Shown here piece by piece: positions 7,692 to 14,865 of a DNA stretch of 19,760 nt. The first letter of the stretch is position 1; every line of letters starts with the position of its first letter. A program made the position numbers and the translations under genes. This stretch comes from a virus (Duplodnaviria > Heunggongvirae > Uroviricota > Caudoviricetes): IMG/VR virus record IMGVR_UViG_3300035701_000012. One strand, 5' to 3'. The notes below the pieces were generated by a model. The model worked only from the letters and a program-made list of their open reading frames with translations, made no database searches and was not told the origin of the DNA.

Positions 7692-8051
7692 ATGTCAAGC
7701 AAATGGTCTCAAAAAATAATCGGTGCAATCTCAATATTTATTGGAACAATGATTGTCGGACTTTGGTCAATTGCTAATCTTGGTGTGGCTTATATTTCAG
7801 GTATAGGATATTTTCTGATATCCGCAATAATTTTTGCCGCAGTTACTTTTTTCATACTTCCAGAGAAAAAAGATTTCAAAAAAAACGCAATGTTTCTTTT
7901 CATCTACGGTTTGATTGGTGGAATAATTTACAATATGGTTATTTACGGCTCGTTGAGTAATCTGTTCGGTTTGTATTTAATCGAAGGTGGAGTAGAAGTC
8001 GGAGTATTTTCAGTCATAGTTTATGCCCTCATCAATTATTTCAAAGGTTAG
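7692..8051 (+). CDS. Four-TM membrane protein
   Basis: Four hydrophobic Gly/Ile-rich segments; GGTGA RBS gives start 7692. Confidence 0.75.
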   Translation: MSSKWSQKIIGAISIFIGTMIVGLWSIANLGVAYISGIGYFLISAIIFAAVTFFILPEKKDFKKNAMFLFIYGLIGGIIYNMVIYGSLSNLFGLYLIEGGVEVGVFSVIVYALINYFKG

Positions 8052-8064
8052 GTGGTGAAACATC

Positions 8065-8103
8065 ATGCCAAAGAAAAAGAAAAGAGCAGCAACAACTTAT
8101 TAA
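8065..8103 (+). CDS. 12-aa basic micropeptide MPKKKKRAATTY
   Basis: Strong GGTGGTGA RBS 6 nt upstream; too short to be sure. Confidence 0.3.
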   Translation: MPKKKKRAATTY

Positions 8104-8120
8104 TGTAGCATAATAAATCA

Positions 8121-8184
8121 GGCATTGCTTCCGAGTGGTCTGTTTTGGTCAGCATAGGCGGAGTGTAAGATTCTCCGCTATGCT
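8121..8184 (+). ncRNA. Degenerate tRNA-like or stable hairpin element
   Basis: CCGAGTGGTC D-loop-like motif; hairpin AGCATA(G)GCGGAG/CTCCGCTATGCT 8151-8184; not a canonical cloverleaf. Confidence 0.25.
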
Positions 8185-8199
8185 TTAGAGGTAATCGGT

Positions 8200-8397
8200 A
8201 TCAAGAACAAAGGAAAAATTTTGATTGTAATCATCATACTTTTAATCATCAGTTTTTTTGTTTATGAGAATTATTTTGATTGTCCGAAGGTTTGCTCTTT
8301 CACCGGTGTGTCAACGAGCAACAATACATATATGACGGTTGGAGCATGTCGTTGTAATTTGGCGGAATCTCCACCAATGCCATATTTAGGAGGATAA
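8200..8397 (+). CDS. 65-aa signal-anchored Cys-containing protein with ATC in the start position (start-loss or non-canonical start)
   Basis: GAGGT RBS 7 nt before ATC-AAG-AAC-AAA-GGA; (I)KNKGKILIVIIILLII...CPKVC...CRC; no in-frame ATG/GTG/TTG upstream. Confidence 0.45.
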   Translation: MKNKGKILIVIIILLIISFFVYENYFDCPKVCSFTGVSTSNNTYMTVGACRCNLAESPPMPYLGG

Positions 8398-8399
8398 AA

Positions 8400-8555
8400 A
8401 TGACATACACAATAACATTCCCAAATACTACAGATGTAACAAACGCAGGTAATACTCAAATGACAACAGCAGGTCAAACATTTCCATTTTGGCTTTTTGG
8501 AATAGGAATATTGGTATTGCTTTTGATTGCGGTAATAGTGATAAAGAGGAAATAA
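8400..8555 (+). CDS. 51-aa single-TM membrane microprotein (not in ORF track)
   Basis: Thr/Asn-rich N-terminus with NTT sequon, TM FWLFGIGILVLLLIAVIVI, KRK tail; GGAGG RBS. Confidence 0.7.
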   Translation: MTYTITFPNTTDVTNAGNTQMTTAGQTFPFWLFGIGILVLLLIAVIVIKRK

Positions 8556-8557
8556 AC

Positions 8558-8797
8558 ATGGTCAAAAAAAACATGATGATTATTTATGTGATTATTGTTT
8601 TGTTAGCAATTTTGTTAGCATTTGTTTATGTGATGGGTGGAACAAAAAGTGTCTCTCAACAAGTTATGCCTTCGGGAGAGCAATGCACAACATACGCACA
8701 ATGCAGTCAGATTTTGCAACAGCAAGGATATACACAAGACCAAATCAATTCGATTCTAACTGTTTGTGATAATAATGGGTGTAAGTTGTTGACATGA
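8558..8797 (+). CDS. Signal-anchored protein with four Cys
   Basis: MVKKN + TM + CTTYAQC...CDNNGC; GAGGA RBS gives start 8558. Confidence 0.7.
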   Translation: MVKKNMMIIYVIIVLLAILLAFVYVMGGTKSVSQQVMPSGEQCTTYAQCSQILQQQGYTQDQINSILTVCDNNGCKLLT

Positions 8798-8807
8798 GGT
8801 GTCGGAT

Positions 8808-10481
8808 TTGAAAAAAAACATAATATTATTTTCCGTTGTAATTTTGCTGATGGTCAGCTTGGCTTTTGCTGATGGATTTTTTGTTCTCTCGGCAGGTCAA
8901 GTAGATTACAGGTCTAACGACCCACAACTCGGTGGCAAGTGGTGGTCAATAACAGTGAGCCAAAATGGTGCAGGAAATTATATTGTTGGAACTTTTACAT
9001 CTGACCAACTGACTGATTCGACAGATGCAGTGAAAGCTCAGTATCCTTTAACTTTAACAGCAAGTATCTCGAATGAAAAGGTAACTTGGGATATTCAAAA
9101 ACAATCAGGTCAGTATGTTGCTGATTTGGAAGTTGAAAGGCAGGATTGTGGTTTTCCATATCTTTGTGATTGGGATAACCGTGGAAAAAATTGTGCAAAT
9201 AAACACGCAAGTGATTCAAACTATCTAAAATATCTTTGGGTTAAAAGAACAGGATTAACTGCTTATTGTGTTTGGTGGACTAATGCAAGACCGCATGGCG
9301 AGATTTCTCCTTATAGTCAAAACAGTTTCACAAGCACTTTATCTGGGACTGTCAGTGGGCAAACTGTAACTGGAACAGTAAGTAATACAGGCACAACAAG
9401 TGTTTGGCTTGGTGACAAGATTCAGGCAACGTGGACAGGAAGTTTGGTTTCAGGATTCAATGTTTATTTCCCTTCCGATAAGGTTTTCACTTGGATTCCC
9501 GGAAGTGGTTGGTTAGTTACAGGAAGAACTGAATGGAGTAATTATTACACACAATATCAGTCATCATTTGAAAATTGCATGGCTGCCGAAGGTGCTAAAA
9601 CTTATGAGCAATGTATTTCTGATTATGAAACTGCAAAGAATGGTGCATTGACTACAAAAACGATAACTATTCAGGATGCTTCATCGCCAACAATAAGTGG
9701 AACGGTTGATTTAGGAAAATTTGCTGTCAGTCTTTCAAAACCTGTGACGTTTCCTGTTCTTAATTTGAAAATCAACGCACTTTGGATTGGTGTTGTTCAG
9801 CTCGTAGGCAAACCTCAAATAAATGGATTTGGCAGTCAATCAGAATTCAGAACAGGTGATACATTGAATGAACAGGTCATTGTTCAAAACATTGGTGCTT
9901 ACACAGGAACATTCGATGTCTATGCGACCTGCACTTCACCGTTGAGTTCTGCTGATAGAGAAAGAGTAACTTTGACAGCAGGTCAGCAAGGTTCTGTTTA
10001 TATCGCAATAACAGGTAGCACAACGAGAGATACTACTGCTTCATGCATATTCACTGCGGTTGATGTGAATCAGCCGAGTAATATTGCAACAAAATCTAAG
10101 ACCTACACTATAAAAACAATAATCGTTTGCACGGCAGGTGCAACGAATTGCAACGGCAATCAAGTTCAACAGTGTGAAGCGGATGGTTCAAGATTCACGA
10201 CAATAAGGAATTGTGATTATGGTTGTGAAGTTGTTGGCACAACTGCTCAGTGCATTGTTCCATCAACCTGCATCAAAGCTTCTGATTGTGATGACAAGAA
10301 TTCATGCACCACTGATACCTGTGAAACGAATTTAATAGGTCAGAAGTCCTGCAAGAACGAAAAGATTCCCGGATGCGGTGGATTTCCCGATTGGATTTTC
10401 TATGTTATCGGTGCTGTAGTTATTATTGCTATATCTATGGTGTTAGTTTTCACGAAACCGAAAACAAAGAGGCGGAGATAA
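8808..10481 (+). CDS. fsx1: Fusexin Fsx1-like (HAP2/class II) membrane fusion protein
   Basis: Signal peptide (TTG start, GAGGTG RBS), beta-rich ectodomain, LGDKIQATWTGSL, GWLV, FPVLNLKINA..IGV...GKPQI linker, Ig-like domain III (VQNIG..GTF....C..AG..C.F), Cys-bonded domain IV-like unit, C-terminal TM with basic tail; matches recalled Fsx1/HAP2 patterns, no search run. Confidence 0.75.
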   Translation: MKKNIILFSVVILLMVSLAFADGFFVLSAGQVDYRSNDPQLGGKWWSITVSQNGAGNYIVGTFTSDQLTDSTDAVKAQYPLTLTASISNEKVTWDIQKQSGQYVADLEVERQDCGFPYLCDWDNRGKNCANKHASDSNYLKYLWVKRTGLTAYCVWWTNARPHGEISPYSQNSFTSTLSGTVSGQTVTGTVSNTGTTSVWLGDKIQATWTGSLVSGFNVYFPSDKVFTWIPGSGWLVTGRTEWSNYYTQYQSSFENCMAAEGAKTYEQCISDYETAKNGALTTKTITIQDASSPTISGTVDLGKFAVSLSKPVTFPVLNLKINALWIGVVQLVGKPQINGFGSQSEFRTGDTLNEQVIVQNIGAYTGTFDVYATCTSPLSSADRERVTLTAGQQGSVYIAITGSTTRDTTASCIFTAVDVNQPSNIATKSKTYTIKTIIVCTAGATNCNGNQVQQCEADGSRFTTIRNCDYGCEVVGTTAQCIVPSTCIKASDCDDKNSCTTDTCETNLIGQKSCKNEKIPGCGGFPDWIFYVIGAVVIIAISMVLVFTKPKTKRRR

Positions 10482-10482
10482 T

Positions 10483-10764
10483 ATGCCAAAAAAAATTGAA
10501 TGGGGAGGAGTATTTGAAACGAGGTCTGGAGAAACAGTCGAGATTCCGTCATACATGGCTGTGATAAACAAGAATACAATCAAAGTGCGAACATCAGATT
10601 TTCGTGGAAGTCATGTTACCACAATAAAGAGAACTGATGTATATCGGGGAAGTATGGGTTCTGGATGGGCAGAAATTGGTGGCATTGGTGGTGACTGGAG
10701 AATGATTCAGAACCTTTCCGAAGAACTCGCTTATATTTTTTCAAAATTGAAGGAGATAAAATAG
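10483..10764 (+). CDS. Hypothetical soluble beta-rich protein
   Basis: 93-aa ORF 1 bp after fusexin stop. Confidence 0.65.
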   Translation: MPKKIEWGGVFETRSGETVEIPSYMAVINKNTIKVRTSDFRGSHVTTIKRTDVYRGSMGSGWAEIGGIGGDWRMIQNLSEELAYIFSKLKEIK

Positions 10765-11055
10765 ATGTCCAGAAAAAAATTATCTAAAAAGATTATAGCT
10801 GAAAAAAATCTACTCATCGCTTTCGTTGTTATAGTATTCATTATAGCTTTATCCACATATAGAGCACCGCAACCAGAACAACCAAAAAATAATTGCGCCA
10901 TTGGTGCTATATATTCGGATATAAATTCATGTTATTGCCCGACAGATGTTATGGAATTCGGTCATCCAGCTGCTGAATGGAGAGAAATTATTGCCTGTAA
11001 TCCTGCTGGTAATGAAACTTGTGTTCCGTTATGGAGATGTTTGTATTTAACGTAG
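10765..11055 (+). CDS. Signal-anchored Cys-rich protein
   Basis: Basic N-terminus, one TM, six Cys in C-terminal ectodomain. Confidence 0.7.
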   Translation: MSRKKLSKKIIAEKNLLIAFVVIVFIIALSTYRAPQPEQPKNNCAIGAIYSDINSCYCPTDVMEFGHPAAEWREIIACNPAGNETCVPLWRCLYLT

Positions 11056-11066
11056 GTGAAAAAATA

Positions 11067-11495
11067 ATGCCAGAAAAAAAACCAAAATCATCGTTTCCAT
11101 CGTTCCATGTAACGCTTACTCCACTTACTATAATTTTGTTAATTTTGGGTATCATATTTTCTATTGGTGGAATAATAGTAGCTATCTCGAATATTTTTCT
11201 GTTCGCTTCTGTGGTTTTGTTGACCGCTTTTGTTTATAGGGTAGGAGAAATTTCGATTAAAACAATAATTGTTGTTGGAATAATGGCAGGATTGATAGCT
11301 TGGATAATAAATTTAATTGTTTTGTTATCTGGAGCTTCTTGGTGGATTGGTCTGCCTTTGGTTGGTGCATTTTTCGCTGGAACTTTAGCAGTAGCTTCTA
11401 TAATCTTGTTTTTAATCGCAGATATATCCGCAGGAGTAATACTCAGTGGTGTTATAGGCGGTTTGATTTATCTTTATAACAGAATGAGGAAATAA
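11067..11495 (+). CDS. Multi-pass (4-5 TM) membrane protein
   Basis: Almost entirely hydrophobic; AGGTGA RBS gives ATG 11067. Confidence 0.75.
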   Translation: MPEKKPKSSFPSFHVTLTPLTIILLILGIIFSIGGIIVAISNIFLFASVVLLTAFVYRVGEISIKTIIVVGIMAGLIAWIINLIVLLSGASWWIGLPLVGAFFAGTLAVASIILFLIADISAGVILSGVIGGLIYLYNRMRK

Positions 11496-11496
11496 T

Positions 11497-12594
11497 ATGT
11501 CTAAAAAAATGACAAAACAAAATAAGAATCTTTTAGTGGGAATCGGTCTCGCAGCTATAGTCATAATAGCATTGCTTGTTATTTCAGGTAATTACAAATA
11601 TTCGATTTATCCTGAGGCAACAACGTTAGGAGTAGGTCAGCAAATTCGTTTGAGATATATTTGTGATTTGGCTTGTCAAAATTCAGGCGGTAAATTGGGA
11701 GATGCTGTTACATGGACTTATAAATATTCAACTGATTCGGCTGAAAGTCCGTTATCTTCAGGGACTTTGACTTGTTGTTTGACAGGTGGTCTTGTAGATA
11801 CTCAGTATATATCTCCACTTCGTCAGGGAACTCTCTATGTTTATGCAAAAGTAAAAACGTCTACTGGTAATCTTGTTTCAGAATCAACAACTTTGACTGT
11901 CAGTGCTTCATGCACGAATGATTGTTCATCTGGTCAGACAAAATGTATAAGCACTCATAGAAATAATTGTCAGTTACAAGGCACTTGTTACAAATGGGTT
12001 GATGTAGGAATAGATTCAACTTGTTATAGTTGCCCTGTTTGTCCTTCTCCGGGAAGTTGGTCTTCATGTTCAAACGGAGTGCAAACAAGAACAGATTATA
12101 TGTGTGGTGTAGCAACAAATTATCAATGCAGTTCATTTACTGTAACTCAAGCGTGTGTAAGTCCTTGCCTAAGTGAATGCTGTGATGCCGGAAGCGGTTT
12201 TCAGCCAACATTTTGTCCGAGTGGATATGGATGTAGTGGTGGAATCTGCAAAGCAAATTGTGTTCCAAATAATGTTTGTCAGTCTTGGGGAATTTGTCAG
12301 TCGGGAATTCAATCAAGAATTTGTGATGATGGATGTGGAAGAACAATAACAGAGCAACAAGGATGCACAACTCCTGAAGTTCCTGTATGCACACAACCGC
12401 AAACAACTTGTGAAAATTGGGGTCAATGCCAAAATGGTTTGCAATATAGAAGCTGTGCAGACCCATGTGGTTTAGTTGCTGCTCATGTTGAATCCCAGAG
12501 TTGTAATAGCGATATTTTCTTGATTGTCGTTTTAGCCGGTTTGGCTGTAATAGTAATTTTTGGTGTAGCGATTTTCATGAGGATGAGAAAATGA
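11497..12594 (+). CDS. Cys-rich surface protein/adhesin with thrombospondin-like WxxCxxGxQxR repeats
   Basis: N-terminal hydrophobic segment, Ig-like beta region, >30 Cys, repeats WSSCSNGVQTR, WGICQSGIQSRIC, WGQCQNGLQYRSC, C-terminal TM. Confidence 0.7.
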   Translation: MSKKMTKQNKNLLVGIGLAAIVIIALLVISGNYKYSIYPEATTLGVGQQIRLRYICDLACQNSGGKLGDAVTWTYKYSTDSAESPLSSGTLTCCLTGGLVDTQYISPLRQGTLYVYAKVKTSTGNLVSESTTLTVSASCTNDCSSGQTKCISTHRNNCQLQGTCYKWVDVGIDSTCYSCPVCPSPGSWSSCSNGVQTRTDYMCGVATNYQCSSFTVTQACVSPCLSECCDAGSGFQPTFCPSGYGCSGGICKANCVPNNVCQSWGICQSGIQSRICDDGCGRTITEQQGCTTPEVPVCTQPQTTCENWGQCQNGLQYRSCADPCGLVAAHVESQSCNSDIFLIVVLAGLAVIVIFGVAIFMRMRK

Positions 12595-12863
12595 AAAAAA
12601 CAAACAAAAGATTTATTTTGGCAATTGCAGTCGGAATTTTAGTGATGCTTTTAGTCATAGGATTCATGGGAAAACTCTTTGAAATATCCGGTGGAGAATT
12701 TACCGTGACAAATAATACTTATGTTCCGACAACGACACAGACTCAAACTTCATTTGTTCCAGCAGAAAGTATATTTGTAGTTTATGCTTTTGTGATTGGA
12801 ATATTCCTAATATTTGGGTATGTGATGTATCGAGAAGCAAGAGGATTGTTTAGAAAGAAGTGA
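12591..12863 (+). CDS. Two-TM membrane protein with Thr-rich loop
   Basis: Two hydrophobic helices flanking TVTNNTYVPTTTQTQTS (NNT sequon). Confidence 0.7.
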   Translation: MKKTNKRFILAIAVGILVMLLVIGFMGKLFEISGGEFTVTNNTYVPTTTQTQTSFVPAESIFVVYAFVIGIFLIFGYVMYREARGLFRKK

Positions 12864-12868
12864 AAAAT

Positions 12869-13204
12869 ATGGTAACAAGAGAACTCAGACCGTATGCAAT
12901 ATTGACAACGAATTCCAATCGTATAGAAGTTCAGGCAAGAAATCTCGAAGATGCCTATAGAAAAGCGAGGCGAGAACTTATTCGTATAAAGAAAGAGGAT
13001 GCAAAATATGGTTACAAAGGTATGACATCAAAAGATGAAAATCTCACAGAAGCATACGAAACTTTTGGCAGAGAAGGAATATCTTTGAGAGGATTCATAG
13101 TTACACCGCAATCAATAAAATTTGCAAGAAAATATAGATTCACAGTAGGTGCGAGAATACCTGCTTTGAATGTTTTGTATGGAAATGTTCAGTTTGGTGG
13201 GTAA
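12869..13204 (+). CDS. Hypothetical basic protein
   Basis: ORF in tight operon; ATG 12869. Confidence 0.6.
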   Translation: MVTRELRPYAILTTNSNRIEVQARNLEDAYRKARRELIRIKKEDAKYGYKGMTSKDENLTEAYETFGREGISLRGFIVTPQSIKFARKYRFTVGARIPALNVLYGNVQFGG

Positions 13205-13209
13205 ATAAT

Positions 13210-13416
13210 ATGGTAACAACATTGCCAATTGTAAAATATAGAGGCAGAGATTATGTAGTTGATTTCAGGCTTGGTGAACTCAGAAATGTGAAAACTGCAA
13301 AACCGATTCGTTTCGTGAATTTGAAAGAAGGAGTGCAAAGTTCAATTAAACGCAAATTGAGAGGATTGCGGTCAAGAACATGGTCTAATGAATATGTTGC
13401 TGGGATTGATGATTGA
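13210..13416 (+). CDS. Hypothetical basic protein
   Basis: 68 aa, GGTGG upstream. Confidence 0.6.
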   Translation: MVTTLPIVKYRGRDYVVDFRLGELRNVKTAKPIRFVNLKEGVQSSIKRKLRGLRSRTWSNEYVAGIDD

Positions 13417-13417
13417 T

Positions 13418-13582
13418 ATGAAAAAAGACAACCAAAATATTGTGATGGGATTGATTATAGCAGGAGTATTTTTCGTAGTTGGAATGGCTTCCATAATCCA
13501 AAAGTCTGAACCATTTGGGATTACAATGATTTTTGCAAGTGGTATTGTTTTAGGAGCAGTTACGAAAGAATATTTCATGTAG
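13418..13582 (+). CDS. Two-TM microprotein
   Basis: MKKDNQNIVMGLIIAG...; start just after previous stop. Confidence 0.6.
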   Translation: MKKDNQNIVMGLIIAGVFFVVGMASIIQKSEPFGITMIFASGIVLGAVTKEYFM

Positions 13583-13653
13583 TAAATCATGCTGACTGAC
13601 AAAGAATTCGCAAGAATTGAATTCTTTTGTCTTGTAAACAAAGGTGATGTCCA

Positions 13654-14031
13654 ATGGCTAAAGACGACATGAAAAAATGGCTTGTCATCGCAGTGTTTGG
13701 CATTGCTGCCGTTGCAGCAATAGGTGGAGCAGTGACCACAGCATTGACAGGTTCCGTTGGCTGGGCAATCGGTGCATTGTTGATTGTTCTCGGACTCGGA
13801 ATTGTAGCTTGGAACATACAGGGTAGAGAAGAAGAACCTTTGATGATGGCGATGATAGTGGTTTTCATTATCGGAGCAACATCTTGGGTCTCTCTGACAG
13901 CAGTTTTTTCAAGTGGAACTGACGTTATCATAACAATGTTAAGGTCGTTCACTGGAAATCTTGCTCTGGCTTTCTTCCTTCCAACTCTGTATTTGGCAAG
14001 TAAGAAAATCTACAATGTCAGTGAAAAGTAA
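13654..14031 (+). CDS. Four-TM membrane protein
   Basis: Ala/Gly-rich hydrophobic helices; AGGTGA RBS. Confidence 0.75.
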   Translation: MAKDDMKKWLVIAVFGIAAVAAIGGAVTTALTGSVGWAIGALLIVLGLGIVAWNIQGREEEPLMMAMIVVFIIGATSWVSLTAVFSSGTDVIITMLRSFTGNLALAFFLPTLYLASKKIYNVSEK

Positions 14032-14048
14032 ACACTAAGACGACAAGG

Positions 14049-14062
14049 AAAAGTTTTTTAAG
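14049..14062 (+). promoter_or_regulatory. Possible BRE+TATA promoter for downstream small-gene cassette
   Basis: AAAAGTTTTTTAAG in a ~150-bp intergenic gap. Confidence 0.35.
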
Positions 14063-14189
14063 AATCCATTATACCCTGAATCATTTTGTTGTTGTGGATT
14101 TGGAGTGGTAACACAACAGAAAAACACAGCGAAATGGTGATGAAATGGTGATGATGGGTAGTGGATTTTATTTAGGAAGGTGAAAAAAA

Positions 14190-14342
14190 ATGAATAATAA
14201 AAACGAAACGAGAATTTGTGAATTGGCGAGACATTATCATCGCCCAATCACTGACATCAAAGGTTTTAACAGACTCTTGATTGAAGAAGGAATCAGACCT
14301 GTAACAAAGAAAAAGTTGTCTAAAATTTTGGGATATATGTAA
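14190..14342 (+). CDS. 50-aa hypothetical protein (not in ORF track)
   Basis: AGGTGA RBS; MNNKNETRICELARHYHRP... Confidence 0.55.
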   Translation: MNNKNETRICELARHYHRPITDIKGFNRLLIEEGIRPVTKKKLSKILGYM

Positions 14343-14358
14343 TGGTGAGTGAGAATTC

Positions 14359-14544
14359 ATGGCAAGAAAAAAGAAAAATAATGTTACATTAATAGCATTG
14401 CTTATCATTGCCGGTATGCTCGGTTTGATATATGGAATGAGTCAAACTACTCTGAGCATGAATGTGGTAAACTTTGTGACAATAATAGCAATAGTTGTTA
14501 TTATCGTAACTGTTTTGACTTGGAACGAAATAAGAAAAGGGTGA
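14359..14544 (+). CDS. Two-TM microprotein
   Basis: MARKKK + two hydrophobic helices; GGTGA RBS. Confidence 0.7.
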   Translation: MARKKKNNVTLIALLIIAGMLGLIYGMSQTTLSMNVVNFVTIIAIVVIIVTVLTWNEIRKG

Positions 14545-14550
14545 TTGAAT

Positions 14551-14859
14551 ATGGATGATACTGACCCAATGTGGCAGTTTCCGAAAAAGAAAGCTCAGGG
14601 AATACGGAGAGGAGACTTCGTAAGTATAGACAATACGTTCATTGGAATTGTCAAAGACAATTTTGTGAACAGAACTACAAGAATGGTTGATGTATGGGGA
14701 ATAGCTCATGAAATGGGTTCAGTCTATGCTTCACAACTTAAAAAAATATCCAAATCTGAGTTTGATGCCAGAAAAAAAGAATTGTATAGAATGGTAATTA
14801 CCCAATATAAACAAGAACCGCAATGGGAAGAATCGGAATTAGAAAAGATGAGAAGGTGA
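14551..14859 (+). CDS. Hypothetical protein, possible SH3/KOW-like fold
   Basis: IRRGDFVSI...IGIVKD...VDVW beta pattern; GGGTGA RBS. Confidence 0.55.
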   Translation: MDDTDPMWQFPKKKAQGIRRGDFVSIDNTFIGIVKDNFVNRTTRMVDVWGIAHEMGSVYASQLKKISKSEFDARKKELYRMVITQYKQEPQWEESELEKMRR

Positions 14860-14865
14860 AATGAA

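Noticed and set aside
8121-8184. Functional canonical tRNA-Gln(TTG) or attachment site
   Set aside because: D-stem incomplete, anticodon stem only 3 bp, T-loop lacks TTC; no integrase in window
8808-10481. Pleolipovirus spike or S-layer protein as identity of the large membrane protein
   Set aside because: Size and topology fit, but motif order and Cys placement match recalled Fsx1/HAP2 domains I-IV better; still needs a structural search
13589-13672. 27-aa ORF MLTDKEFARIEFF...
   Set aside because: No RBS, overlaps hairpin and next gene start
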